From: Eledone cirrhosa
Taxonomy: Eukaryota
Assembly: GCA_964016885.1 (NCBI GenBank)
Contig: OZ024757.1
Location: 2,046,001-2,110,000 of the forward strand
Direction: 5' to 3'
DNA: 64,000 bases
Shown here: in pieces, positions 1-13,595 of the stretch
Layout of the letters: every line of letters starts with the position of its first letter
Position numbering within the stretch: position 1 is the stretch's first letter
Made by a program: the position numbers and the translations under genes
The notes under the pieces: model-generated
The model's database searches: none
Told to the model about the DNA's origin: nothing
What the model saw: only the letters and a program-made list of their open reading frames with translations

Positions 1-104
1 TAATAATAACAACAATAATAATAACAACAACAACAACAATAATAATATACATATATATATACACACACATAAACATATCTATACACACACACACACGTTA
101 GCAA

Positions 105-2650
105 TTAATAGCGCTGCGATCGAATGTGGCTTTTTAGCCCAGCCAATGATCTAAAATGTCTTGCACAGAGTCGGCAACCAAAACATTCACTGGGAATAGT
201 CAGCTGTGGTTGGAGTTCATATACTTTTGCATGTCGCTTGAGCCCTCCTGTTGATTTACATTCTCTACCACATGTTTGGCAAGCATGATGAGTAGCATCT
301 CCAACAGCAGCCTGGTAGTCAATCACTGGTCTTACTTTATGACTGCGAAGATGACTTTTGAGTCCAGCTTTGCTTAGGCAGAGTCTCACACAGACGCTGC
401 ATGTCAGCACCATAGGAGGACCTTCGTCGTCTGGAAGTGCAACAGCAATGCCCTTCCTCACGTCCCGCTCTACTTTCTCGTATGCGATTTGAGATGCCTC
501 AAAGGCAACTTTTCCCTCATATACAGTCTTTCTCCATTTATTACGATCAACAACAACATTTTCCCATGTATCAGCAGAGATGTTAGCGTCTTTCAAAGAG
601 GCTTTCAAGGAATCCTTATACCTCATTTTTGGTTTATGTGGCGGTCGTTTTCCTTTAACTAACTCTCCATAAAAGAGTTGTTTTGGTATTCTAGAATCCT
701 TCATCCTGGCAAGGTGACCACTCCAATGGAGTCGTTGCTTAAGCACAAGAGCTTCTATACTGTCACACATAGAGCTTTCCAAAATCTCGACACCACTGAT
801 GTGGACCCTCCAGTGAACGCCATGGATCCGTCTGAGACACATCTGATGGAAACGCTCCAATTGCTTAAGGTGGTGTCGATATGTGACCCAGGTCTCGCAG
901 GCATAAAGAAGAGAAGAGCGCACACATGCCTTGTACACCTTTACCTTTGTCTTCTTGCATATGTCTCGCCGACCCCAGAGTCGCCTTTCTAGCTTTCCGA
1001 AAGCATCACTTGCTTTCCTAATCCTAAGTGAGATTTCACTATCAAGGTTGCTGTATCGATTGACAGTGCTTCCCAGGTAGACAAACTGATCAACCACTCC
1101 AAGTCGTTTACCATACACATTTGGTTCACTGTACTGCTTACCAGGGGCAGGTTGGTACATAACGACGGTTTTCTTGAGATTGACAGTCAATCCTAGGGCA
1201 GTGCAAACATCAGAAAATGCATTCAAAATGTGCTGCATATCACTCTCTGTGTGCGCTACAAGATCACAATCATCTGCATACAATCTTATGATTGATGTAA
1301 ATACTTTTGTCTTTGCAGCAAAGCGCCTGATGTTAAATATGCTGCCTGAGGTTCGATATTGGATGTAAACACCATGCTCGTAATTCCTGAATGCAATACA
1401 GAAAACCATTGCCAAGTATATGGCAAACAGGGTCGGTGCTGGAATATCCCCATTTCACTCCATTTTTTACTGAGATAGGCTCCGACATGTTACCTCCGAC
1501 ATTAACCCAAGGCTTCATGTCGTCATGGAAAGACCTAACTAAAGCAAGGAACTTATCAGGGCAACCAAGTTTCTGGAGAACCTTCCATAATGCATTTCTG
1601 TTAACACTATCAAAAATGTTGCAGAAGTCTCACACCACCATATTGTAGGAGCTCAGCATGTATGCCATCCATACCTGGAGACCTTCCACTGTTCAGCTTC
1701 GAGATAGCCACTGCAACCTCCACAAGCATTGGAGGTTCTGCGAGAGCTACTTTCACAGGACTTTCTGGAATGAGATTGAGGAAATCTTCATTGATGACAG
1801 ACGGCTGATTCAAAAGCTCGTGAAAGTGCTCTCACCACCTTCGTAGAATTCCTTGTGAGTCACAAATAAGTTCTTTGCCATCCTTGCTGCGAAGAAGACG
1901 GTCCACGAACTTCATGCAAGAGACTGTACAACAGCTTTGTGTTATTGGAATCTGATGCAGTTTGTATCTCATCAGCCTTCTCACTCCACCACTGATCCTT
2001 CATCTGAGAAAGACTCCGCTTAACACGTGATTTCACATCCTTGAGTTCCTTGTGCAACATATTCTTCTCCTGTGGTTTTGCTATCAATTAGCATGACAGA
2101 TCACGCCTCTTATCAGCCAACAAGTCTTCTATATGTTCATCATCTTCTATATGTTCATCTTCTATATGTTCTCATTAAACCAGTCTTGATGTTTTCTCTG
2201 CACCAATCCCAGAACACGCCTGCCTACGTCATAAACCGACTTTTTAAGGGTCGGCCAATCTTCACCAAGATCTGCAACCTGCATCTCTTCTTGCAATGTC
2301 CTCTTCACATTTTTATCCCTAAGACGAGCAGCATTCAATCTTCTGGGCAGGGTAACACCAGGAGCCTGGATTTTACGTTTAGTGATTAGTTTCACTTTTG
2401 CACGTACCAGGCGGTTGTCTGTCCAGCACTCAGCTCCACGAAGAGCACGAACACACTGCACATCCCGTCTGTCACGCATCCTGACAAGGACGTTGTCCAA
2501 AAGATGCCATTCCTTAGATGCAGGATGCATCCATGTAGTCTTAAATTTGTTCTTTTGTTGGAACATGGTGTTGGTAACATACAGATCCAGCTCCTCACAC
2601 ATCTGCAGCAGGAGCATACCATTGTTGTTACACTTTCCCACCCCATGGGA
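105..2650 (-). mobile_element. RTE/BovB-like LINE, 5'-truncated and frameshifted (endonuclease C-term, RT, C-terminal C2H2 fingers)
   Basis: ORF pieces: GKCNNNG..TWMHP..WHLLD..CWTDNRLV (APE endonuclease); GRSPGMDGIHAELL and YADD, FVYLGS, LLYACETW (RT); three CxxC..GLKxH motifs at the C-terminus. Confidence 0.9.
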
Positions 2651-2655
2651 TCTGA

Positions 2656-3004
2656 TTTAGTCCCCTGACCATGTGACAGGGTCTACTGGGTTACATGTTA
2701 CCAGTAGAACTTAGTAGGGTGGGGTCCTGGTTTAGTCCCCTGACCATGTGACAGGGTCTACTGGGTTACATGTTACCATTAGAACTTAGTGGGGTGGGGT
2801 CCTGGTTTAGTCCCCTGACCATGTGACAGGGTCTACTGGGTTACATGTTACCATTAGAACTTAGTGGGGTGGGGTCCTGGTTTAGTCCCCTGACCATGTG
2901 ACAGGGTCTACTGGGTTACATGTTACCATTAGAACTTAGTGGGGTGGGGTCCTGGTTTAGTCCCCTGACCATGTGACAGGGTCTACTGGGTTACATGTTA
3001 CCAG
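2656..3004. repeat. 75-bp tandem repeat, about 4.6 copies
   Basis: TTTAGTCCCCTGACC recurs at 2656, 2731, 2806, 2881, 2956. Confidence 0.95.
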
Positions 3005-3039
3005 CAAAACTGAGGAACATAATCAGCTCTGGTTACATC

Positions 3040-3645
3040 CACAGACACACTCACACATACACATAGATATACACACTCACACATACACATAGATATACAC
3101 ACTCACACATATACATAGATATACACACTCACACATACACATAGATATATACACTCACACATACACATAGATATATACACTCACACATACACATAGATAT
3201 ATACACTCACACATACACATACACATAGATATATACACACATACACATACACATAGATATACACACTCACACATACACATAGATATATACACATACACAT
3301 ACACATAGATATACACACTCACACATACACATAGATATATACACACATACACATACACATAGATATATACACTCACACATACACATAGATATATACACTC
3401 ACACATACACATAGATATATACACTCACACATACACATAGATATATACACTCACACATACACATAGATATATACACTCACACATACACATAGATATACAC
3501 ACTCACACATACACATAGATATATACACTCACACATACACATAGACATACACACTCACACATACACATAGACATACACACTCACACAGAGATATACACAC
3601 ATACACAGAGCTATACACACTCACACATAGACAGAGATATATGTA
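3040..3645. repeat. CA-rich compound microsatellite/minisatellite
   Basis: Repeated ACACTCACACATACACATAGATAT units. Confidence 0.9.
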
Positions 3646-3654
3646 CATTAATAC

Positions 3655-4017
3655 ACAATTAAGGAAATGAAAAATGGTAAGGCTGCTGGACCATCGGGGA
3701 TAGTTGCTGAGATGCTGAAGGCATCAGGAGACGTAGGCACTAAACTGGTTGCACGCATCATTAATCAGGCTATATATAGTGGTGTCATACCCAAAGACTG
3801 GTGCAGCAGTATTCTCATAAATTGCTACAAAGGTAAAGGGGATGCTCTGGAGAGGAGCAATTATAGGGGTATAAAACTGATGGATCAGGTTATGAAAGTG
3901 GCAGAAAGGATATTAGCACAACTAATTAGAGAAAGGGTCAAACTAGATGAGATGCAGTTTGGTTTTGTGCCTGGGAGGAGTACAACAGATGCCCTCTTCT
4001 TGGCGAGACAATTACAA
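3655..4017 (+). mobile_element. RTE LINE internal fragment (RT N-terminal part)
   Basis: MKNGKAAGPSGIVAEMLK..YKGKGDALERSNYRGIKL..QFGFVPGRSTTDALFLARQLQ, then broken by (CA)n. Confidence 0.9.
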
Positions 4018-4378
4018 TACACACACACAGACACACAGACACACACATACAAATACACACGCACACACACATACAAATTCACACAGAGACACACACATAC
4101 AAATATACACATACACAGACACACACATACAAATACACACACACACACTCAGAGACACACACATACAAATACACACACATACACACACACAGACAAATAC
4201 GCACACACACACATACAAATACACACACAGACACACACATACAAATACACAGACAGACACACACATACAAATACACACACACAGACACACACAGACACAC
4301 ACATACAAATACACACACACACACATACAAATACACACACACACACACACACACATACAAATACACACACACACACAG
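4018..4378. repeat. (CA)n-rich microsatellite
   Basis: Directly visible. Confidence 0.9.
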
Positions 4379-5103
4379 AGAAGGAGGCAAAATAAAATAA
4401 AAAAATCTGACCTTAACTTGAGTTGATCTCTGTTGTGTATTCCAGGGATCTGTGATAACTGGGACCCCTTGAAGTGTGAGTGGTAACATAGTTTAGGGGG
4501 AGATCCTGGGTAGATATGGTAGGGTTAGAGGTGTGAATATGTTGGCAGGTATACGGGGTAGATGGAGTGGGTGGATATTATGAATAAATAAGAATGTTGT
4601 TGTTTAATTCAAGATCCACCATAATTCGGCTGACCTATCGTGAAAAGTCGCTCCAGTTGTGACCATCCCGTCTCTACTGTCTTTGTTTCATTTCTAAAAG
4701 ACTTGAGTGAGATATGAGATTTAGCTACTATTTCTTGAAGGTGAAATCCATCCAGTTAGTGACCACCACCACAGAAAAGAAGACAGGGAGGAAATAGAGA
4801 AGAACAACAAAAGACAAAGAGGAGGTAACTCTGGTTTAGAAATGTTTAAAACTGGGAGAGAACATGGTGTGACTTACAGCTGTTTGATGGGAGGGGGGGT
4901 ATCTATCTGTGTGACTGTGTGTGTGTATGTCAGGGTGCGTATCTGTCTGTCTGTCTGTGAGTGTGAGTGAGAGAGAGAAAGAGAGGGAGAGTGACTATGT
5001 GTGAAAGAGAGAGGGAGGGGAGAGATGTCCCTAACACCCCTCCCCACCCACTCCCACCTCCCTCAATTTTCAGCTCAACTAATTTCATTCACACCCAAAC
5101 AGC

Positions 5104-5416
5104 TCACACACACATACTCATATATACATATATATACTCACACACACACACATATATATACATATATATATACACACACACACTCTCACATATATACATA
5201 TATATATATATACAAACACACACACACACATATATATATATACAAACACACACATATATATATACATATATGTATGTATATATGTATGTATACACACATA
5301 CACAATAGTAATTATTTGAATATAATTTGCATATTAATGTCTTTGTTTACCCACCCACCCCCTCCCCATCAGACAGAATACATTAACATACACTGACATT
5401 TGTCATTGTTAGAAGG

Positions 5417-5451
<35 letters not shown>

Positions 5452-5457
5452 TATATA

Positions 5458-5518
<61 letters not shown>

Positions 5519-5586
5519 GGAGATTGTTTTTCATTATTTCGTGGGCCGAAGTTGCTATTCTCGATAATTTTATTTGTTTTTATTTG

Positions 5587-5618
<32 letters not shown>

Positions 5619-5622
5619 TATA

Positions 5623-5674
<52 letters not shown>

Positions 5675-5923
5675 CCCACAGTTACTCCAGTTCTGTGTTC
5701 TACATTGTTCAAAAACTGTCAGACTGGCGTTTAATGTTAACAATATAACACCATGACATCCTGTTGACATATATACACATATACACACACATATATATGT
5801 ACACACATATACACACACACATATATACACACACACACACATATACACATATACACACATATATATATATATGTACGCACATATACACACACATATATAT
5901 ATGTACACACATATATATATATG

Positions 5924-5968
<45 letters not shown>

Positions 5969-5995
5969 ACATACATATACACACATATATATATA

Positions 5996-6057
<62 letters not shown>

Positions 6058-6178
6058 TACATATACACACACATATATATATATACATATATATATGTTC
6101 ACACATATACACACACATATATATATATGTACATATATATACATATACACACATATATATATATATATACATACATAT

Positions 6179-6220
<42 letters not shown>

Positions 6221-6420
6221 ACATACATATACACACACACACATATATATATATACATATATATATGTACATACATATACACACATTTATATATATACAT
6301 ACATATATATACATATACACACACATATATATATATACATACATATATACTATATACATACATACATATACACATATATATATACACATACACACATACT
6401 ACATACATATTAATACACAC
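5104..6420. repeat. (TA)n/(CA)n microsatellite cluster with short unique inserts
   Basis: Directly visible. Confidence 0.85.
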
Positions 6421-6544
6421 AGTCTTTGTAGAGGTTCTCCCAGTATCCCCCCCCCCTGCTGCCACCACTACCACCACCACACCTCCACCACTGCCACCAC
6501 CACCACCACCACTACAACAATGTCTGTCTGTTCCACCCTTTCTC

Positions 6545-7125
6545 TCTTTAGACATAATACACACATCTCTCTATCTATCTAGGGAGGGTAAAATTCCTGA
6601 GATCCATGGACGAGTTCTCTCCAGCGGTCTCTGTCCCTCATTATCGCTGCCATGTCCTGCGTCTCCAACAGACCAGTGTCTGTCCTTAGGGCATCTACAT
6701 ACGTTAACCTCGGTCTTCCTCTTCCAGTGTGTCCATGTAGGAGCTCCCACAGGGGCACTGAGTGCAATGTCAACTCTGGATGTCGGTGAGCATATCCAGC
6801 TAACCCCAGTCATCTCTGTGCTACTCTCGAGCTGACGTTCGAGAGGCTCCCATACAGCTCTGAGTTTTTCATCCTCAGTGTATACTGATTAATGTTCAGA
6901 GCCATCCTCAGCACTCTCGTGTAGCACCCATCCACCATCTGAGTGTGTCTCTTGGTCAGTGTCCAAGTCTCAGTCCCGTACAGCAGCACAGACTCCACTA
7001 CAGCAATGAAGAGGCGGATCTTCAGGTCTTTACAAAGGACTTCCACACCGATCTCAAGCTGTGGCACGCCGCCCAGGCTTTGCTCTTCCTCTCAACCACA
7101 TCATCTGCTGTGTTCCTAATCATTA
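6545..7125 (-). mobile_element. RTE-like LINE 3' fragment
   Basis: KIRLFIAVVESVLLYGTETWTLT..DGCYTRVLRMAL and [19 protein letters not shown]. Confidence 0.85.
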
Positions 7126-7158
7126 CAGGAAGTCCTTACACACACACATCCATACATA

Positions 7159-7348
7159 TACTGGGTGGGAGGCTGAAAAGTTCAAAGGCTGACCAAGATA
7201 CTCTCATGGAATGACGAAATGAGTTTTAATTTTCAACATAGTCCCTGGAAAGAAACAATGCAGTTATTAATAAAAAAAAGCTGAAATTAATGCATGCAAG
7301 ATTTCACAGCTCTAGCATTACTCCTTCATAATCAGCCAACTCTCGTGT
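7159..7348. mobile_element. Mariner-derived MITE (degenerate)
   Basis: TAC..GGCTGAAAAGTTC terminus and TTTTCAACATAGTCCC interior, shared with 18905-19003, 19484-19680 and 48392-48600. Confidence 0.5.
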
Positions 7349-7729
7349 GTGTCATCATCATTCATCATTTCATTTTACATCCGCTTTTCCCTGCTTGCAA
7401 GGGTGGGATGGGAACTGATTTTGGCTTGATTTTTACAGCTGAATGCCCTTCCTAACACCAACCCTAAACAGCTCAGTACCTCTGAAATATGTATAATAAT
7501 ATATATTTGATCACACGAATGTCTATATTTATTAATATTTTGAAGTTGTATATATATATATATATATATATACATATATATATTGTTATACTTATATATA
7601 TTGCCAATAAGAAGCACACGCACCAGTTGCTTTCACTTCAATTTATTATAAATTAAATTTATAAATTTAGGAATTTATAAATTTCCGGTTGGTTGGTTGG
7701 TTCCACAATCAGATGACTGTTCATATATT

Positions 7730-7772
7730 GTCAAAGTTCTTTCGTCACACATTCTGTGACCTCTTCAGTGAC
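7730..7772 (-). ncRNA. Type I hammerhead ribozyme motif, inverted pLTR copy
   Basis: Reverse complement of 9514-9556 with one change in the stem II loop. Confidence 0.7.
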
Positions 7773-8051
7773 TGGGAATTATTTTCTTTGTTTTTGAGCC
7801 TCTCCTTTGTTCTGTCCTACGCCATCTTGTTTTTGTGTGTGTTATGTGCTTAGTTTGCGCATGTGTTACAACCGGGTGTCTGTGTGTGTTTATATTTGTT
7901 TATTTATTTGTTTATTTACATGTTACTGGTTCGTTGTTTGTTTTATGTGTGTGTGTGTTTTCATTTTGTCCTTAATTGTAAGTTGTGATGTTGCTGTTCC
8001 ATTCATGTTTTCTATTTAATTTTGGTTGGAGTTCATTTATGTTTATATGCC

Positions 8052-9326
8052 CAAGAGGAGGGAGCAGCCATTGGTATTAGCATTGCAGGTGACATAGCTA
8101 ACCTATTCATGGTATGGTGGGACAATAGACTTAAACTTAAACTTAAAGAACAATTGGAAGACAGCAACCCCTTAACCCTGATTATGTACTCCCGCTACGT
8201 TGATGATATAAACATCGTAGTAAAAACACCCCCACTAGAGAACAGTCAGGAATTAGAGAAAAGCACCATGGAAAGCATCCAGCAAATAGCTAACTCTATC
8301 CACCAGAGTATTAGAGTTACTATAGACTACCCAAGCAAATACGCCAACCATCGATTACCTGTACTAGACACAGAGCTATGGTTAGATACCATTAATAACA
8401 AAAAACAAATCTTCCATTCCCATTATGCCAAACCCATGACTTCCAAATACCTGATCCACCGAAACTCAGCTGTTTCGGACCATACCAAAATCAACATACT
8501 GATTGCGGATTTGGTACGGGTGATGAGAAATGTGTCCCGCATGTGCAACCCCAAAGAACTAGAGAGACACATACAACACTTCATCCACCGTATGCAGTTC
8601 TCTGGTTACAATCAGAGAGATAAAATCAGAGTATATAGAGGAGCCAGAACCAAATGGGAAAAAATGGTAAATAATGATACAAATGGGACCTGCCCCTTGT
8701 ATAGGAGCAAATTTTGGAATAGAATAGAAAGAACTAGGAATAAGGTTAATAGAATAAACTCATGGTATGATAGCAATAAATACCAGAGTGTAATGTTCAT
8801 CGATACAACCCCTAGAGGTGAATTAGCTTACAAATTTAGAAGGGTCCTAGATAAACATAAACTCAATATTAAGATAGTAGAAAGACCAGGTACCTCCATA
8901 AAAACACTTATTAGCAATACATACCCTTTTCAAAGACCTCCCTGTATAGATAAGAAATGTATAATCTGTAAACTAAGCCCCCATATTAACTGTAAAACTA
9001 GAAATGTAGTATATAGCATAAGATGTACTGAAGGACAATGTAGAGATAAGAATATAGTGTACATAGGTGAGACAGCTCGTAGTATAGGGGAACGGATAAA
9101 TGAACACTGTCGAGAGCTTCAAGATAAAAAAGAATCATCAATACTCTACCAACATGCTAAAATAGAACACAAGGGTAAATTAGAGAACATAGAAATAAAA
9201 ATAGAATCTACACACAGAAAAGACGCAATGTTTAGACAAATCACAGAGGCAATAAACATAAATGAACTCCAACCAAAATTAAATAGAAAACATGAATGGA
9301 ACAGCAACATCACAACTTACAATTAA
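8052..9326 (+). CDS. Penelope-like RT C-terminal part plus GIY-YIG endonuclease (5'-truncated ORF)
   Basis: GAAIG, RYVDD, LPVLD; CKTRNVVYSIRC..C..YIGETARSIGERINEH; ITEAININELQPKLNRKHEW. Confidence 0.85.
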   Translation, partial: QEEGAAIGISIAGDIANLFMVWWDNRLKLKLKEQLEDSNPLTLIMYSRYVDDINIVVKTPPLENSQELEKSTMESIQQIANSIHQSIRVTIDYPSKYANHRLPVLDTELWLDTINNKKQIFHSHYAKPMTSKYLIHRNSAVSDHTKINILIADLVRVMRNVSRMCNPKELERHIQHFIHRMQFSGYNQRDKIRVYRGARTKWEKMVNNDTNGTCPLYRSKFWNRIERTRNKVNRINSWYDSNKYQSVMFIDTTPRGELAYKFRRVLDKHKLNIKIVERPGTSIKTLISNTYPFQRPPCIDKKCIICKLSPHINCKTRNVVYSIRCTEGQCRDKNIVYIGETARSIGERINEHCRELQDKKESSILYQHAKIEHKGKLENIEIKIESTHRKDAMFRQITEAININELQPKLNRKHEWNSNITTYN

Positions 9327-9513
9327 GGACAAAATGAAAACACACACACACACATAGAATAAACAACCAACCAGTAACATGTAAATCAACAAATAAAAAC
9401 ACACAGACACCCGGATGTAACACATGCGCAAACTAAGCACACAACACACACAAAAACAAGATGGCGTAGGACAGAACAAAGGAGAGGCTCAAAAACAAAG
9501 AAAAAAATCCCCA

Positions 9514-9556
9514 GTCACTGAAGAGGTCACAGAACGTGTGACGAAAGAACTTTGAC
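9514..9556 (+). ncRNA. Type I hammerhead ribozyme motif in Penelope pLTR
   Basis: GTCA-CTGAAGA-G-GTCACA(gaacg)TGTGAC-GAAA-G-AA-CTT-TGAC: core boxes, stem II and stem I GTCA/TGAC. Confidence 0.7.
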
Positions 9557-9767
9557 AATATATGAACAATCATCTGGTTGTGGAACCAACCAACCAACCG
9601 GAAATTTATAAATTCCTAAATTTATAAATTTATTATAATAAATTGGAGTGAAAGCAACTGTGGCGTGTGTTTCTTATTGGCAACATGACCCTCCCAAAGT
9701 ATAACAATATCGGTTTCAACACACGTTTTCAGATAAAGAATCTTGCTAAACAAATTCAGAAACGAAA

Positions 9768-10200
<433 letters not shown>

Positions 10201-10275
10201 CACATGTCACAGCTGGATATTTGTGCAGTTAGTTACACCAGTGGAATGTTGACAACCAGCTACTACCACCACCAG

Positions 10276-10308
<33 letters not shown>

Positions 10309-10403
10309 CACCACCACCACTACTACTACCACCACCATCACCTCCACTACCACCAACTACCACCACCACCAGCACTACCACTACCACCACCACCACCGTC
10401 ACC

Positions 10404-11574
10404 ACCACTAGTAGGACTACTGTAGGTCAGTACTATATATACCACTAGTAGGACTACTGTAGGTCAGTACTATATATACCACTAGTAGGACTACTGTAGG
10501 TCAGTACTATATATACCACTAGTAGGACTACTGTAGGTCAGTACTATATATACCACTAGTAGGACTACTGTAGGTCAGTACTATATATACCACTAGTAGG
10601 ACTACTGTAGGTCAGTACTATATATACCACTAGTAGGACTACTGTAGGTCAGTACTATATATACCACTAGTAGGACTACTGTAGGTCAGTACTATATATA
10701 CCACTAGTACGACTACTGTAGGTCAGTACTATATATACCACTAGTACGACTACTGTAGGTCAGTACTATATATACCACTAGTAGGACTACTGTAGGTCGG
10801 TACTATATATACCACTAGTAGGACTACTGTAGGTCAGTACTATATATACCACTAGTAGGACTACTGTAGGTCAGTACTATATATACCACTAGTAGGACTA
10901 CTGTAGGTCAGTACTATATATACCACTAGTAGGACTACTGTAGGTCAGTACTATATATACCACTAGTAGGACTACTGTAGGTCAGTACTATATATACCAC
11001 TAGTAGGACTACTGTAGGTCAGTACTATATATACCACTAGTAGGACTACTGTAGGTCAGTACTATATATACCACTAGTAGGACTACTGTAGGTCAGTACT
11101 ATATATACCACTAGTACGACTACTGTAGGTCAGTACTATATATACCACTAGTAGGACTACTGTAGGTCGGTACTATATATACCACTAGTAGGACTACTGT
11201 AGGTCGGTACTATATATACCACTAGTAGGACTACTGTAGGTCGGTACTATATATACCACTAGTAGGACTACTGTAGGTCGGTACTATATATACCACTAGT
11301 AGGACTACTGTAGGTCAGTACTATATATACCACTAGTAGGACTACTGTAGGTCAGTACTATATATACCACTAGTAGGACTACTGTAGGTCAGTACTATAT
11401 ATACCACTAGTAGGACTACTGTAGGTCAGTACTATATATACCACTAGTAGGACTACTGTAGGTCAGTACTATATATACCACTAGTAGGACTACTGTAGGT
11501 CAGTACTATATATACCACTAGTAGGACTACTGTAGGTCAGTACTATATATACCACTAGTAGGACTACTGTAGGT
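10404..11574. repeat. 37-bp minisatellite, about 31.6 near-identical copies
   Basis: Unit ACCACTAGTAGGACTACTGTAGGTCAGTACTATATAT; starts at 10404, 10441, 10478 and so on. Confidence 0.97.
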
Positions 11575-12586
11575 TAGCACTCCTGGCAGTCAAGTTTAAA
11601 CTAAATATATAAATATATGATCGTTTAATGTCTGTTACGGATTGAACAATAATACTGACACACAGTTAATGGGCCTACACACATCCTTTGGATTTTACTA
11701 TCTAGTGCTTTTTTTACTTCACCTTCTGTGTTGGATAACACACCTCCACCACTCAAACAACTAACTTAAAAGCTAATTGGCCCATATGGCAGGAAATTGC
11801 ACTTACGGATGCATTTACCCAGTACCCAACTCTACACGGAGCCCTTTGATGGCCTACATTGCGGTTGCTTGCACGCACGGATTTGGTGACTCGGATTCTC
11901 AATGGGACACGGTACATACTGAGTTCGATATGAGCTGATTGCTTGCTTTTCACATGGATGTGTATTTACCCGGGCATACCCTTTTTTGGACGATTCGGAT
12001 GTGTATATACCATAACATACAGTTGAAGATATGGATGTTACAATTCAATCTATACACGTATAGCAGAACACTGAACTGAACTTACTTGCTTGTGTGTGTG
12101 TGTGTATGGGGCATTGGTTAACCCAATATTTCCAATTTACATCGTCAAATTGAGATTTGGCCAATATAGCTTCTGTTGTTTTGTGAACTAACTTTCGGTG
12201 AGTGCTGTGTTGGTACATTCTTATATTTGTTTTTTCTCGGATATCGCTTCGGTGTGTGTGAGAGTATGTACCCACCCACACTAACTCTACAGGTTTAATA
12301 CTGTGTTGATGTGAGTATATATATGTATATATTTTTCTTTGACCTCGAGCCGGTGTATGTGGGTGTACCCACTCTCATTAACTGTGACTGACTGTATCCC
12401 TACAGATTTGATTGATGTCCAGCGTCTTTTGCAGCGATAGAAATCTGAAAACTTTTATGACCTCAACTGAAGTTAATAGCAGTCGCCGTGTCTCTTACTG
12501 GTGTGTCTTCATATAAGGGAATGAATTCTGTGAGAAAACATCGTTATTTTTCTCCCTCATATCAAGAATTTGAAAACAATTCATTT

Positions 12587-12660
12587 TCACCTGATGAGAT
12601 CAGTGATAATCGATCATGGCTTCACAATCGATCTATCTCTTATTGAAACATGTGTCGTGA
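12587..12660 (+). ncRNA. Type I hammerhead-like motif with long stem II
   Basis: TCAC-CTGATGA...GAAAC-ATGT-GTC-GTGA; palindromic stem III, GUC site, stem I TCAC/GTGA; base of stem II imperfect. Confidence 0.55.
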
Positions 12661-12858
12661 TTAAATGATTGGAATTTTACCTTGCTTTCGGATTTTCATT
12701 TTGATACTTATACTCCGTTTTACATCATCTAGCTGTTCCCTTGAATGGAATTGGAGATATACAAAAGCGTGGAGAACTTAATATTGCTAACAAAGTTATT
12801 GGACCATTTTACACAACCAATAATGCACATTACTCTCTCTCTCTATATATATAGTAAT

Positions 12859-13043
12859 TGTTTCTACTTTAGGCACAAGGCCAGCAATTATCCAGTGTAT
12901 TACTGGTACTTTATTTTATCGACCCCGTAAGGATGAAAGGCAAAGTCAACCTCGGCAGGATTTGAACTCAGATCGTAAAGGGACGTAACTATGCTGGAAA
13001 GCATGGCGTCCGATCCTCTACCGATACTGCCAATCCACCGCCC
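12859..13043 (-). mobile_element. tRNA-derived SINE (family A)
   Basis: Minus strand GGCGGTGGATTGGCAG..GAGTTCAAATCC (B-box), then GTTGACTTTGCCTTTCATCC..GGGGTCGATAAAATAAAGTACCAG; target-site duplication TATATATAGTAAT. Confidence 0.85.
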
Positions 13044-13379
13044 TTATATATAGTAATAATAATAAATTTGAAGACTAAAATCCAAAGAGGGCTCGATAAG
13101 GATAAATATATATCAAATATATAAGAACCGTAAAGCAAATATTTATTAATCTGTTATTTTAATAAATATATATATATAAGTATTTATATGTACATACATA
13201 TATGTGTACAAACGTACAGTAGTACGTATATATATACATACATGCACACATATATATATGTATGGGTTTACCGAACATTTATTACAATGCTCGGTTTGTT
13301 TGTAAACAAACAGACCGAATTATGCCGTACAGTGTTCGGCAACCATCGTCGCCCTTTTGTTCAACACTGACAAAGGAAC

Positions 13380-13418
13380 GATGAACTAGTTTCAAGCTTA
13401 TTAGCTATCGTCAGCATC
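13380..13418 (-). ncRNA. Minimal type I hammerhead ribozyme, opposite arm
   Basis: Minus strand GATG-CTGACGA-TAGCTAATAAGCTT-GAAAC-TA-GTT-CATC; GUU site. Confidence 0.75.
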
Positions 13419-13556
13419 ATATACCTTCCTGTCAGATGATTGAATATTTGAAAGTATATACTATCACTCGATATGCAAATTAGGCTGCTCAGCGGTTAAT
13501 ATGCATAAGGAAAGTATATACTTTCACATGTTCAATCATCTGACAGAAAGATATAC

Positions 13557-13595
13557 GATGCTGACGATAGCTAATAAGCTTGAAACTAGTACATC
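13557..13595 (+). ncRNA. Minimal type I hammerhead ribozyme
   Basis: GATG-CTGACGA-T-AGCT(aata)AGCT-T-GAAAC-TA-GTA-CATC; GUA site, palindromic ACTAGT stem III. Confidence 0.8.

Larger units (their letters stand above)
7581..9760 (+). mobile_element. Penelope-like retroelement, 5'-truncated, with inverted pseudo-LTR
   Basis: About 7581-8046 is the reverse complement of about 9254-9709; internal RT plus GIY-YIG ORF; flanked by (TA)n. Confidence 0.92.

Noticed and set aside
10404-11574. 37-bp array as a CRISPR array
   Set aside because: No unique spacers, no cas genes, eukaryotic context; the same applies to the 32-, 51-, 52- and 55-bp arrays
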